Notes under the pieces: generated by a model
The model's database searches: none
Seen by the model: the letters and a program-made list of their open reading frames with translations, nothing else
Told to the model about the DNA's origin: nothing
IMG/VR virus record: IMGVR_UViG_3300027747_004779
Location: 32,001 to 96,000 of that record
Strand: one strand, 5' to 3'
DNA: 64,000 bases
Source: a virus
Position numbers and translations under genes: made by a program
Part shown: one piece after another, positions 28,557 through 38,266 of the stretch
Position numbering within the stretch: position 1 is the first letter of the stretch
How the letters are laid out: the number at the start of each line of letters is the position of its first letter

Positions 28557-30446
28557 TTAAAAGGTAACCCTATCTGTAAGCTCTCTTCTATAGTCGTAGT
28601 TTGAAGAGGGTCGATCGCCAAATGATGTATTGTTTGCTGTATTCTGTACTACTACGTTTGAGCTTGTTTTCTTATCACGTATATCCTTTAGTAAGTTAAC
28701 GTTTTCGCCCATAATTTTTATTTCATTTGATTGTAATGCAGCTGCAGCCTTAAAGTATTGTTGTAATCCTTTATTAAGTTCTTGTACAGTAACTGTAAGC
28801 TGTTTAATAGAATCACCAGTATGTTCATCGCGATTCTGTAAAATATTATCAATAGGACCACCGCTCTTAAATGCCATTATTTGATCTTGTTTATCAAACG
28901 AAAATGCTTGGCCACGAGAAATTAAAGTTCTATTATTATCGTCAATAAAGTCAGCTACCGGCTTAACAGCAGTTTTTCTTGTATTTGTATCTGCAAGCTT
29001 ATCAACTTCTGTATCGCTTTTACCGAAAACTCTTTTAAAAAGATTTTTTACAGCGTCCCAAATAAACGTCCATAGCTCTGCAATAGTATCTGTAAGTGAA
29101 TTCTCTCTAAAAAAGTCTTGTACTGCTTTACCCCAACTTTCACTGAATAAACCTATAAATTTACCAATAGCGATTCCAAGAGCATCACCAAGCATCTCAG
29201 GCAATGCAAGAAGGCCTCTTAGAATAGCTTCAATTATTCTACCGGAATTCCATGCTTCCACAATTTTGTCTGTGTATTCCTTGACGTCTTTCCATGTCAT
29301 TATACCAAATGTTACAAAGCTTAAAAGTCCTCCTAAAATACCATCAACAAACCCTTTTATAGTAGCGCCCTCTTCCATTATAGATTGAAATAAATTAACA
29401 CCTACGTCTAGAATAATACCTAACCAAAAAAAAGCTTTTTCTGCTAATCTAAAAATAAAACTTTTTGTAAGCAGCGTGTAGGCTGTTTCAACAATTTTTA
29501 AAAGTGGTCTAAAAGCTTCAAATACTTTAGCAATCCAGCTAAACATAGTTGTTCTTAAAGTACCTACAATCTCAAGAACGCGTCCTATAATACCTTCATC
29601 CTGAAATGCAGCTCGTATGCTGTTAAATATTTTTCCTATTACCCCTTCTTCGGTAAATAACGCTTTAAATGAATTCCATGTTCTACCAATAAACCCTTCT
29701 TCAGAAAATAGAGTTGCAATATCTTTAAAAAACTTTCCTATTACCCCTTCTTCTGTAAATGGTGCTTTAAGCTTTTGCCATAACTTACTAACTGGTCCTT
29801 CGCTGGAAAAAAATTCTTCTAATCCCTTGATAGCTCTACCTAAAAAACTCTCTTCTGAAAATAACCCTCGTACCCGAGCAATAACTCTACCAATAACCCC
29901 GTCTTCTGCAAATAGACCTTTCAGCCATTTCCAAGCTTTACCAAATATACCTTCTTCTGTAAATAAATTTTTAAGCGCTTTCCATGTTCTTGTAAGAAGC
30001 CCGTCCTCTTTGAAAAGACCGGATATTACTCTCCATAAACCCTCAATAGCTTTCTTAAAATTAGCTATATATCCACCTACAAATTTTATAAATCCTGAAA
30101 TTAAACCGGCTAGTATTAATCCTAATATCTTCCAATAACTCCTTTTCGGATCTTCCTTTTTATCAGGCAATTGCATTGAAGCAGTACCACTTAGTAGCTT
30201 TTGTATCGCTTTCTTGCCCTCAAGAGAAATATTATCTATAACTACTGGCGCGGCTTGATACAGCTTTTCTTTTTGTTTTAGTCTTCTTGTTCTATCTTTT
30301 TCACGTTTATCATCTGTAAAAAGATCTGTAATCTTACTCATTAACCCTTCTTTACCGGATGGTTTACCTTCGGACAGAAGGCCCATAATACTAGCTAATT
30401 TTTCATTAATACCTAGTATATTGCTATCGAGAGTAGCTTCATTCAT
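28557..30446 (-). CDS. Tape measure protein
   Basis: 629 aa, amphipathic helical, with 17-aa Trp/Phe repeats and hydrophobic segments; downstream of the tube and chaperone genes. Confidence 0.7.
   Translation of the reverse strand: MNEATLDSNILGINEKLASIMGLLSEGKPSGKEGLMSKITDLFTDDKREKDRTRRLKQKEKLYQAAPVVIDNISLEGKKAIQKLLSGTASMQLPDKKEDPKRSYWKILGLILAGLISGFIKFVGGYIANFKKAIEGLWRVISGLFKEDGLLTRTWKALKNLFTEEGIFGKAWKWLKGLFAEDGVIGRVIARVRGLFSEESFLGRAIKGLEEFFSSEGPVSKLWQKLKAPFTEEGVIGKFFKDIATLFSEEGFIGRTWNSFKALFTEEGVIGKIFNSIRAAFQDEGIIGRVLEIVGTLRTTMFSWIAKVFEAFRPLLKIVETAYTLLTKSFIFRLAEKAFFWLGIILDVGVNLFQSIMEEGATIKGFVDGILGGLLSFVTFGIMTWKDVKEYTDKIVEAWNSGRIIEAILRGLLALPEMLGDALGIAIGKFIGLFSESWGKAVQDFFRENSLTDTIAELWTFIWDAVKNLFKRVFGKSDTEVDKLADTNTRKTAVKPVADFIDDNNRTLISRGQAFSFDKQDQIMAFKSGGPIDNILQNRDEHTGDSIKQLTVTVQELNKGLQQYFKAAAALQSNEIKIMGENVNLLKDIRDKKTSSNVVVQNTANNTSFGDRPSSNYDYRRELTDRVTF
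29565..30020 (-). repeat. Nine 51-bp (17-aa) repeats in the tape measure
   Basis: ccttcttc(t/g)g.aaa-like units at 29593, 29644, 29695, 29746, 29797, 29848, 29899, 29950 and 30001, encoding LFxEEGxIGr/kxW/F. Confidence 0.9.
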
Positions 30447-30473
30447 TAATAATATTTAAAGATTTTTTACTGT

Positions 30474-31223
30474 TTAGACAGTAAAAAGAGAGGGATCAAT
30501 ATTAATATCTACCTCTTTACCATTATCTGTAAAGTATCCTTTTTCGAACAGTTTAGCGCTATTAATAAACTCAATAAGTTTAGTATTAATGGTAAGCGGA
30601 AGCTTTTCGACAAGTTGCGTCTTTTGCGCAAGATTAAGCTCATCAAATGCAATGCTAACAACATTACCACTGTTATTAATGTCTACTTTATCAATGTATT
30701 TTGTAAGCTCATTAATATACAATTCACCAACAGCTTCTTTGGGTAGGTCGTCGTTATCTGGAAGAGGTGCAAGTTTCTTTTTAGATTCGATATTAATTGA
30801 ATTATCGCGGTTTAACGAAGGAATTGCAGCAGTAATCTTAATATTATCTACTGTAATTTCTGTTGTCTTAAGCTCTGTAGGTAGCGGTAAGTTGTTATTA
30901 AGTACAAAATCTAAATTAATAATTTCATCTTCTTTTTTATATGTTGATGAAAGTGAAAGCACTCTTAAACATACAGCTATATAACTACGATCAGATAAAA
31001 GTAAATCAGCAGGCTCTTGAATATTTTCACGTAAAATAGAATTTAAAAGAAGCGAAAACGAAACACCAGCAGTCGCTTTCTCTAAAGCGCTTTTTACCGC
31101 ATCTTTTTGCTGCTTTGTATTTAGTCCTTTAAATTTTACCTTTCGGTTTAAAGAAGGAACAAAAATTTCAAAACTTTTAGATAAACTGTCAAGCGTATTT
31201 AACGCACTAGTAAACTTCTCCAT
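30474..31223 (-). CDS. Baseplate hub assembly protein / tail chaperone, gp26-like
   Basis: FEIFVPSLNRKVKFKGLNTKQQK...DRSYIAVCLR.LS...LVEKLP. Confidence 0.6.
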   Translation of the reverse strand: MEKFTSALNTLDSLSKSFEIFVPSLNRKVKFKGLNTKQQKDAVKSALEKATAGVSFSLLLNSILRENIQEPADLLLSDRSYIAVCLRVLSLSSTYKKEDEIINLDFVLNNNLPLPTELKTTEITVDNIKITAAIPSLNRDNSINIESKKKLAPLPDNDDLPKEAVGELYINELTKYIDKVDINNSGNVVSIAFDELNLAQKTQLVEKLPLTINTKLIEFINSAKLFEKGYFTDNGKEVDINIDPSLFTV

Positions 31224-31227
31224 AATG

Positions 31228-32079
31228 CTATTTATTTAGCCCCATAGGGTTAGCAACCGCTTTGGATTGTTCTTCTTGCATTTTGGCAAGCTCTGCTTCA
31301 TATATTTTGCAAAGTACAATATTCTCTGTCAGTGTATTATTGTCTATAGCCTCACATGTAAAAAACATTTTGCTCACTAATAGATACTGCATTTCATATA
31401 TATTTTTTAAATTAGCTGAAAAAAGAGCTTTTAGAATCTCGAATAACGTTGTATTGTAGGGAGATATCTCAATTTTATCAGAGTCTTTTAAACCTACTTT
31501 TAAAACAAGGTCTTTAAACGCCTTTATATTATCTTTACTAAACTTATCAATACGGCTCGTTACTTCTGCAGGAAGCTGTTCAATAATTTTCTGCCTCTCT
31601 TCTGATGTAGCAGAAAAAATGTCAATTTCTTCGTCGCTAACAAACACTTTATCTATTGAGCTGTAATAAGCATCTAAAAGGTTTTCAAAGTAAAGTGCTT
31701 TGGGTAGAGTGATTTGTATTTTTAAAGTGTCAATAACATGCTCACTTATAAATTCTGTTTTAAAATCGAGGCATTTATTTAAAAAAGGCACTAAAGGTAT
31801 TTTAGTTACCGATGTACTTTCTTTTAATTCTATTTCTGGTGATACAAATATACAGCGAAGTAAATAAAGCATACAAAATTTGTCAAAGTTTGTAAGTTTA
31901 TCATAATATTCTTTTTCTATTAAACATTCTTTTACGATTTCTTCAAAGCATTCAGAAATATGAAAGTTGTTGTTGTTTAACAAAAATTTATTTAGTACAC
32001 GATACTGCTTAAATGTGAGTTCTTTGACTCTTAAGTCTTTATCTAATGTTGGGGAATGAAAATTTAAATAAAATGACAT
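31228..32079 (-). CDS. Second gp26-like baseplate assembly protein
   Basis: PTLDKDLRVKELTFKQY...LTNFDKFCMLYLLR...IIEQLP; a paralog-like pattern of 30474..31223. Confidence 0.55.
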   Translation of the reverse strand: MSFYLNFHSPTLDKDLRVKELTFKQYRVLNKFLLNNNNFHISECFEEIVKECLIEKEYYDKLTNFDKFCMLYLLRCIFVSPEIELKESTSVTKIPLVPFLNKCLDFKTEFISEHVIDTLKIQITLPKALYFENLLDAYYSSIDKVFVSDEEIDIFSATSEERQKIIEQLPAEVTSRIDKFSKDNIKAFKDLVLKVGLKDSDKIEISPYNTTLFEILKALFSANLKNIYEMQYLLVSKMFFTCEAIDNNTLTENIVLCKIYEAELAKMQEEQSKAVANPMGLNK

Positions 32080-32987
32080 TATAAAAATCCGTACGGATTG
32101 ATATAGCCAAGTCCGTTTTGAAAACTCGTGACTCGGGGTATCGATCCGTTAGATATTCTATTAACCAAATCACCAATAGGCAAGTAAAGATTGTTTTCTA
32201 CTGCGTAATTCGAATATGTCCACCGTGTAGTGTATGTAGGCAATTTATCCTCTGCATAATCCATTGATTGCTCAGAAATTTGATAAGGAGTGCAGTTATA
32301 GAATGTATAAACTTTTCTAGGTACCATCGATATACCTTGATACGTTTTAGTATATTGCAGTAAAGTCATATTAACTTTCATATTTTTAAGATCTTTTTGA
32401 CCAGGGCGATCTCCCGGGCGTGCTGCCATACCAAAATGTGCTCCTAAGATTACCCAAGGTCTAATTACAAAGTCAACAAAAGAAGTATTAGTTTCGCGAA
32501 AATCGACAACTAATGTATTATAATCGGGATTTCTTGGACCGCCTAAAATACCTGGTAAAAAGCCTGCATTGTTATTTACTGAAGCAGATCCCGGGGTATA
32601 TTCTTCTGCAGGGACTGTAACTTCATGTGCGAATAAACAGCCTATTACTTTTTGCAAAGGGTAGCTTTTAAGTATATTAACGGCAGTACTGATGTCGTAC
32701 CCCTTTTTACCACCGTCAGTTCTTTCTAGTCCTTGAATTATACTTGTACGCAATGCCGGAGGATATCTATCTATAACAACAATCCATTGTGTGGTATTAG
32801 GAATCGCTGTAAACCATGATTCCATTTGTGTAAGAAAATAATCTCTTACGCTAATAATAGGAACACCGGGTATATTAAACCCAAAAAGATTAGTGACTTG
32901 AGGGGCGAATAACGGGTTTGTACCGGTTACAAGGCCTTGAAAATTATTACCTAGACCATTGAGCGCGTCTGTTAATGGATTGTCCAC
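32079..32987 (-). CDS. Tail tube-like baseplate protein (gp54-like)
   Basis: EVTVP, LVVDFRET..FV...IRPW, YTFYNCTPYQI...DY...T.WTY (tube fold). Confidence 0.55.
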   Translation of the reverse strand: MDNPLTDALNGLGNNFQGLVTGTNPLFAPQVTNLFGFNIPGVPIISVRDYFLTQMESWFTAIPNTTQWIVVIDRYPPALRTSIIQGLERTDGGKKGYDISTAVNILKSYPLQKVIGCLFAHEVTVPAEEYTPGSASVNNNAGFLPGILGGPRNPDYNTLVVDFRETNTSFVDFVIRPWVILGAHFGMAARPGDRPGQKDLKNMKVNMTLLQYTKTYQGISMVPRKVYTFYNCTPYQISEQSMDYAEDKLPTYTTRWTYSNYAVENNLYLPIGDLVNRISNGSIPRVTSFQNGLGYINPYGFL

Positions 32988-33013
32988 CTAATTATTTAGG
33001 ACAAATTTACCAA

Positions 33014-33562
33014 TTACGAGGTTTTTCTCCAGTAATGATAGGAGAGAGTAGCAGTAAATTCAACAGTATTTCCAACACCTTCAGCAATTAGATAATTTAA
33101 AGGACCGACATTGCGTACAGAAACACCAACAAGTTGATACTGTGCGGTCTTGTTCATTTGGTTATCAAGCTGTACAAGATCCATTACAGCGGTCTGCTTC
33201 GGGGCGAAATAATTACCAGTTGAGTTTGAATCATTAAAGATATCTGATGACCACTGTTCAAACTTTTGACGAATCTGTGAATTAGCATCAGTATAGAATG
33301 TTAATTCATAAGCTTCACTGTTAGGATACGTAACATTACCAGGTAGGTTAAAATTTAATCCCATATACGGCACAGCAACATTGGTAATTGAACGAGCAGG
33401 TAAGGAAGCCGTCTTAACATAGATAAGATCGTTATTATCAAATGTTACTGTGCTCGCTCCACCGGTATTAATATTCAATACACGGAAGTTAAAATCACGT
33501 GCGAACTCACGTGTAGTTGCTGCTGTGTAAAAGTCTGTAATGAGTTGATTAACGTCTGCCAT
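33014..33562 (-). CDS. gp19: Tail tube protein
   Basis: ARDFNFRV, VKTASLPA, VPYMG....PG...Y, IRQKFEQW, QLD, EFTATLSYHYW; follows the sheath gene. Confidence 0.9.
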   Translation of the reverse strand: MADVNQLITDFYTAATTREFARDFNFRVLNINTGGASTVTFDNNDLIYVKTASLPARSITNVAVPYMGLNFNLPGNVTYPNSEAYELTFYTDANSQIRQKFEQWSSDIFNDSNSTGNYFAPKQTAVMDLVQLDNQMNKTAQYQLVGVSVRNVGPLNYLIAEGVGNTVEFTATLSYHYWRKTS

Positions 33563-33577
33563 AAAATTATTTATCTA

Positions 33578-35869
33578 TTACGATACAATCTCCTGGAAGT
33601 TTGTACCAGTTCTTGTCGCATAGAAATTACAGAGGATGTATTCTGCTGATCTTACAGGTTTAATATAGATATCTACAACAATTGTATTGTCGTCGATTAC
33701 AGAAGGTGGATTATTGCGCTCATCGCAAATGAGAAGATAATCGTATATCCCTTGCGTATTCTTAGCATTATCAAATATCGGTGTTAAGCTATTTAGAACC
33801 TGTGTTCTTGTAAAGAGTGTATTAGGCTCAAATACGAAATATTTTACGGTATCTCTTGTTGCTGTCTCGAGATTTAAGAACAGACGGCGAACGTTAATAC
33901 GGTCAAACGCACTTGGCTTCTTCTGTAGAGTCTTTTGACCGAAGATTACAAACCCTTCTGATGGAAAGAACGTTACCGGGTTTAAATTAATCTTATAGAG
34001 GTTATCGCGTTGCTTCTGTTTCGGATAAATTGCAATATCAACAAGACCTGTTATCACACCGCGTGTAAAGCCGGCTGGTGCATACCAAGGTTGGAATGAA
34101 GAATCTGTATTTGCCATTGCGCCTGCAGCAAATCCCGAGAAAGGAACCCATACTTGCTGATTTGAAGCAATATCAGCTACTTTGCCGCAGTTTGCAAACG
34201 TACAAGCATAACTAGTATCAATACCGGCAAACTGATTCTTTAACGGCCAGTATACATTATCTGAGAATGTGTTTGTTGGTATATCTAAAACTTTAATATT
34301 CGCACCTTGTACAAATATGTTTGTAAAAGGATCGGCGAGAAAGATATGATCTTTGCGTGTTTGCGCGAGATTTAAAAACGCGTTAGCAACTGCAGCGTAT
34401 TGTGCAGCTGGTGTTGATACGCTTGAAGAATTCTGAATAGAAAGTGCTTCAACAGCTGCGTCATACGGAACTGTATCATCAAAGTAACCATATGTTGCAA
34501 GATTGAATGAATTAATATAGATTGTACCGAGACCAGCTTCACAGGTAATATTAATCGGATAGAGATCTACGTTATTAAGCTTTTCTGCAGCGCGATTAAC
34601 TTTACCTGGAACATTGCCAATAATTTTTGTAGCGAGATCTTGGTTGTCATATACACCAATGGGGAAGAGTGAAGCGGTAGATCCAAGATCAAAAAGAGCG
34701 GATGAAACATCGAACTGCGGTGCACCAACACGAGCAGTGTATTCAGCATCAGATTCGCCAGCGAGTGGGGTTGCAAGCGCTTGTGTTAAGAAACGAACTT
34801 TCTTTGTCGGTACACCGGAAAGATTAAGCCATGTTGTCTTATTCTTGTTTGAAATATTAGGATTAATTATGGTTGTAATATTAAGCGATGGACGGTCAAC
34901 AATTTCCATAAAAAAGCTAATAGCGGGGCCACCGTTTATACTGTTAATTTGCCTATTAGCATCAAATGAAGCTGTATAACCATCTTGTAAGAGGTAATCG
35001 AGAGCGATTGTATCAGGCGAAAAGACCGACTGGCGAAGTTTAAAAACACCGATTGTGGCAGTATCATCAAATTGATTAGATGAAATATCAAATGTAGGTA
35101 TATTTTCAAGTACTTCAGAAACACTTCCCTGTAGCCCTGTTGCATCAGCTGAAAGTGTAAAATTTAATCTTACATCAGGAATTCTTACATAATCAGTTCC
35201 AAAAATTGATGTTGAATTATTGTTGATTGAATAAACACTGTTAACATCATTAAATGGTGTTGCAGGGTTGAGATTTGTATTATCAATAATTCCAATATAT
35301 GTACCTTCGAACTTGCTGTTTATTGTTGATTGTGCTTTGTTAAGAACAATTAAACCAGCAGCGCTTAATGAAGCAACATTATCAAAGGTCGTTGTGCCGT
35401 ATGTATCATCGGCCCAAGTAAATCCATCGCCCTTCAATATTGAAAGATATTCAGTCTGTGAAAGTTGAATGTGTGTCGGTTCACCAAAGAAATATGTACT
35501 ATCGTCACCGGTTAGATCTGTAGTTAGTGCACCATGGCTATAAGCTTGTACAGGATATACTAATGCACTATATTCATTACTTGTATCAACGCCGAGACCT
35601 TCACCATAAGGTAGTCTATAAACTATTACGCTAGCAGAAGATTGTAGAGCTGCTTTGACAGAATGGTAAAAATATCTCTCTGCTCCATTAGTAGGTATAC
35701 CAAAAATTTGTTCAAATTCAGAAAGCGATGTTACTGTGATAGGTTCAGAAGAAGGTCCTTTAGAAGCGAATCCAGGTATAAATACTGTGGTTGCTGGGGT
35801 TCCTGTACCTCTCAAGGATAAATCTACTTCATTAATCTCGACTCCGGGGCTTTGAATTGTACGTGCCAT
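33578..35869 (-). CDS. gp18: Tail sheath protein
   Basis: SPGVEINEVDLS; PWYAPAGFTRG; RD.LYK..LNPV..FP.EG..IFGQKTL...SAFDRINVRRLF; IKPVRSAEYI..NF.ATRTG. Confidence 0.95.
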   Translation of the reverse strand: MARTIQSPGVEINEVDLSLRGTGTPATTVFIPGFASKGPSSEPITVTSLSEFEQIFGIPTNGAERYFYHSVKAALQSSASVIVYRLPYGEGLGVDTSNEYSALVYPVQAYSHGALTTDLTGDDSTYFFGEPTHIQLSQTEYLSILKGDGFTWADDTYGTTTFDNVASLSAAGLIVLNKAQSTINSKFEGTYIGIIDNTNLNPATPFNDVNSVYSINNNSTSIFGTDYVRIPDVRLNFTLSADATGLQGSVSEVLENIPTFDISSNQFDDTATIGVFKLRQSVFSPDTIALDYLLQDGYTASFDANRQINSINGGPAISFFMEIVDRPSLNITTIINPNISNKNKTTWLNLSGVPTKKVRFLTQALATPLAGESDAEYTARVGAPQFDVSSALFDLGSTASLFPIGVYDNQDLATKIIGNVPGKVNRAAEKLNNVDLYPINITCEAGLGTIYINSFNLATYGYFDDTVPYDAAVEALSIQNSSSVSTPAAQYAAVANAFLNLAQTRKDHIFLADPFTNIFVQGANIKVLDIPTNTFSDNVYWPLKNQFAGIDTSYACTFANCGKVADIASNQQVWVPFSGFAAGAMANTDSSFQPWYAPAGFTRGVITGLVDIAIYPKQKQRDNLYKINLNPVTFFPSEGFVIFGQKTLQKKPSAFDRINVRRLFLNLETATRDTVKYFVFEPNTLFTRTQVLNSLTPIFDNAKNTQGIYDYLLICDERNNPPSVIDDNTIVVDIYIKPVRSAEYILCNFYATRTGTNFQEIVS

Positions 35870-35875
35870 ATAAAG

Positions 35876-35881
35876 TATTTA
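35876..35881 (-). promoter_or_regulatory. Late promoter core TAAATA, 6 nt upstream of the gp18 ATG
   Basis: cataaatactttatATG; the same motif recurs before most structural genes. Confidence 0.7.
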
Positions 35882-35919
35882 TGTTTTTTCGGATAAAACT
35901 TTTTGGTTTTTTTGTTTTT

Positions 35920-36528
35920 TTATAGTATATCTACATCTTCAACTAATGAGATTACTAATTGTGAATAGGAAAATGTTACAAAAGATTCAACTTCACCGGA
36001 ATCACGGTGATTAAAGTTAACACCGCCAAGGGTTGTAGGAAATGCATTTAAGTACTTAAACTCTACTGTTCTTTTGTCGTATTCATCTAGAGCAAATATA
36101 GAAAGGTTAGCAGCATATACAAAATTAGCGCTATTATTACTACCTGGAGGGGGCACTAAATTGTCGGCATTAAAGATGTTTAGTTTAACGTCGTTTAAAA
36201 TATTTAACCATTTATATATGACCCAGTAATTATTAAATCTGTTGTCAACATCAAAATTTACAGTTATAGGTGGATACGGTTTTCTTGATTGGCTTGAAGC
36301 GGCTAATGTTTGGCCACCGTATCGTACATCTAAATGCGAAACTTCCATATCTGGTACAACAACACCGTAAACAGAGAACTGTAAAGAGTCAGGAATAATA
36401 TTTCTATTAGCGCGATCGAGCTTAGAAAATATTTCTTTAAGACCGTCAGGAAAATTTAATACGAGTAAAAATTTATCTTTACGCGCTTTATTAAAAGGAC
36501 TCTGTAAAAAATTAGTAGGTGTGGCCAT
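35920..36528 (-). CDS. gp3: Tail completion / sheath stabiliser, gp3-like; start revised to ATG 36528
   Basis: NFLQSP, FSVYGVVVP, YPPITVNFDVDNRFNNYWVIYKWL, F.YLNAFPT.LGG; TAAATA at 36534-36539. Confidence 0.7.
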   Translation of the reverse strand: MATPTNFLQSPFNKARKDKFLLVLNFPDGLKEIFSKLDRANRNIIPDSLQFSVYGVVVPDMEVSHLDVRYGGQTLAASSQSRKPYPPITVNFDVDNRFNNYWVIYKWLNILNDVKLNIFNADNLVPPPGSNNSANFVYAANLSIFALDEYDKRTVEFKYLNAFPTTLGGVNFNHRDSGEVESFVTFSYSQLVISLVEDVDIL

Positions 36529-36539
36529 ATAGTTATTTA

Positions 36540-38246
36540 TTAAAGCCTTGTCCAACCCTGTGACTCTAAATCGGTAATTTCGTTAAAATCATTACTATTA
36601 TCACCTTGCATAACAATGGGAAGAGGCGGTGTACCCATGCCTCCATCTTTTTCGTTACTGTAGATTGACGCAGGGTTTATAAAATATTTTATACCAAAGT
36701 CAAGTGATTTAATTCTTTGTGGCTTTTTATTTGCATCGTATTCTGCTATTTCAAAATACTTCTCAACGAGATCATTTTCTAAAATCATTAATGCCCACAT
36801 TAAGCTCATTACCCGGTCATCCCAATTATCTGCTCCAGGTTTAGCTGCCCAGGTGCCGTTAGGATAACGTACAAATCCTTTTAGCTCATTTAATGTCTTA
36901 AGATCTCTAATTTTTAAAACTTTTAATTCTCCCATCCAGTAGCGCATATTCATAACACCTTTATATTTTGTGTTAGTATGGGCTTGTACGCCAATTTTAT
37001 TAAAATTAACAGGGCCAGCTTTTATCCCGTAAGAAACAATATTTTCATAATTTAAAGTATTTTTAAGTTGGTCAACGACTTGCGCACCGCAATTATTTCT
37101 TTCAATCATAGCAAGAGGCGATCCCCAATGCTGTAATATTTCATGTAACTTGGTTGTAAAGTTGTATGGGCTAATTGTTCTATCGTGATAGATGGCAACT
37201 TGCTTAATTTCTCTTAGATCAGTGATATCTAGTATTTGTACAACGCTAGCAGCCTCACCAACACCTTCACTTATATCAACACCTGCAACATAAATTTTTT
37301 CTTTATTCGGTTCGTCCCACATCAGATATTTGCCTTCATTAAAAACAAATTTTGGTTCTGTGCATTCACCTTTCATCTCTTCAAACAGCTTTTCGTCTAG
37401 CGCACTTTCACCGGTCTGTAGGAAAACATTTCCAAACTCTTGATCAAAAACTTCTCTACTACCTAAAGTACGAATTGTTTTTTCTTTCCACGCTTCATCA
37501 CGACCAGGAAATTCCCACCAATCAACTTTTTCCGCTTTCCAATCATTCTTACCATCAATAGCACCGGAGTAAAGTTCGTGAAAAAGATTTCCTGTACCGT
37601 TTGGCGTTGACGCCACAAATATTTTGGACTTCTTAGAGGATGATATGATGGGGTACACAGAGCTCCAGAATTGCTCCACCAGATGATTGTCAATGAAAGC
37701 CAACTCGTCCAAAATGAGCACATTGCAGCTGTCACCTCGGCCGGCATCACTGCTGGTGGTGGATATGCCAATGCTGCTTCCATTGCCAAGTGACATGGCA
37801 GTTTTGCCATATTCTACTGCTCCTGGTTTGAGGTAGTTGGGCAGCTTCTCATAAGCCATGCGTATTCTCTTGAAAATGTTGATGGCTGTTTGTTCTTTGT
37901 TTGCCACAACCAAAATGCGTTGGTCCTCAAAGAAACATGCAATCCACAATGCATATATGGTCATCAATGTGGTTTTGCCCACTTGTCTTGATGCTAATAG
38001 GCAAACAAATCTACTATCTCTGAGACTTCTTAAAATACGCTTTTGATAACTGTGAAGCTTAATTTTCATCTTACCTTCATCAAGATTAGTAATAAAGAAA
38101 AAGTTCTCTGCAAAGTATAAGACATTCTTTCTCGATTTAGCTATATCCTCTACCCATTCAGGGTGTTCAGAATAATCAAAGACAGCCTCTGAGGTAGGTA
38201 AATTCTCATTCCCTAAATAAAACTTATTTTCTGGTTTTTTAGGCAT
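36540..38246 (-). CDS. gp17: Terminase large subunit
   Basis: YLGNENL, ASRQVGKTT (Walker A), LILDELAF (Walker B), ASTPNG, QEF, GVDISEG, DDRVMSL. Confidence 0.95.
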   Translation of the reverse strand: MPKKPENKFYLGNENLPTSEAVFDYSEHPEWVEDIAKSRKNVLYFAENFFFITNLDEGKMKIKLHSYQKRILRSLRDSRFVCLLASRQVGKTTLMTIYALWIACFFEDQRILVVANKEQTAINIFKRIRMAYEKLPNYLKPGAVEYGKTAMSLGNGSSIGISTTSSDAGRGDSCNVLILDELAFIDNHLVEQFWSSVYPIISSSKKSKIFVASTPNGTGNLFHELYSGAIDGKNDWKAEKVDWWEFPGRDEAWKEKTIRTLGSREVFDQEFGNVFLQTGESALDEKLFEEMKGECTEPKFVFNEGKYLMWDEPNKEKIYVAGVDISEGVGEAASVVQILDITDLREIKQVAIYHDRTISPYNFTTKLHEILQHWGSPLAMIERNNCGAQVVDQLKNTLNYENIVSYGIKAGPVNFNKIGVQAHTNTKYKGVMNMRYWMGELKVLKIRDLKTLNELKGFVRYPNGTWAAKPGADNWDDRVMSLMWALMILENDLVEKYFEIAEYDANKKPQRIKSLDFGIKYFINPASIYSNEKDGGMGTPPLPIVMQGDNSNDFNEITDLESQGWTRL

Positions 38247-38266
38247 ATATCTATTAAATACTTAAT
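38247..38266. promoter_or_regulatory. 20-bp divergent intergenic region with overlapping late-promoter cores (TAAATA on +, TAAGTA on -)
   Basis: The near-palindrome ttaaatacttaa sits between the gp17 start and the 38267 start. Confidence 0.55.

Noticed and set aside
29617-30138. 173-aa + strand ORF with repeats
   Set aside because: Antisense shadow of the tape measure repeats.
35882-35920. T-rich tract resembling a terminator
   Set aside because: No hairpin; on the coding strand it is A-rich sequence upstream of the gp18 late promoter.
37463-37810. 115-aa alternate-frame ORF in terminase; possible intron or intein
   Set aside because: Explained by the GC-rich patch lacking stops; the terminase is continuous and of normal length with no intein motifs.
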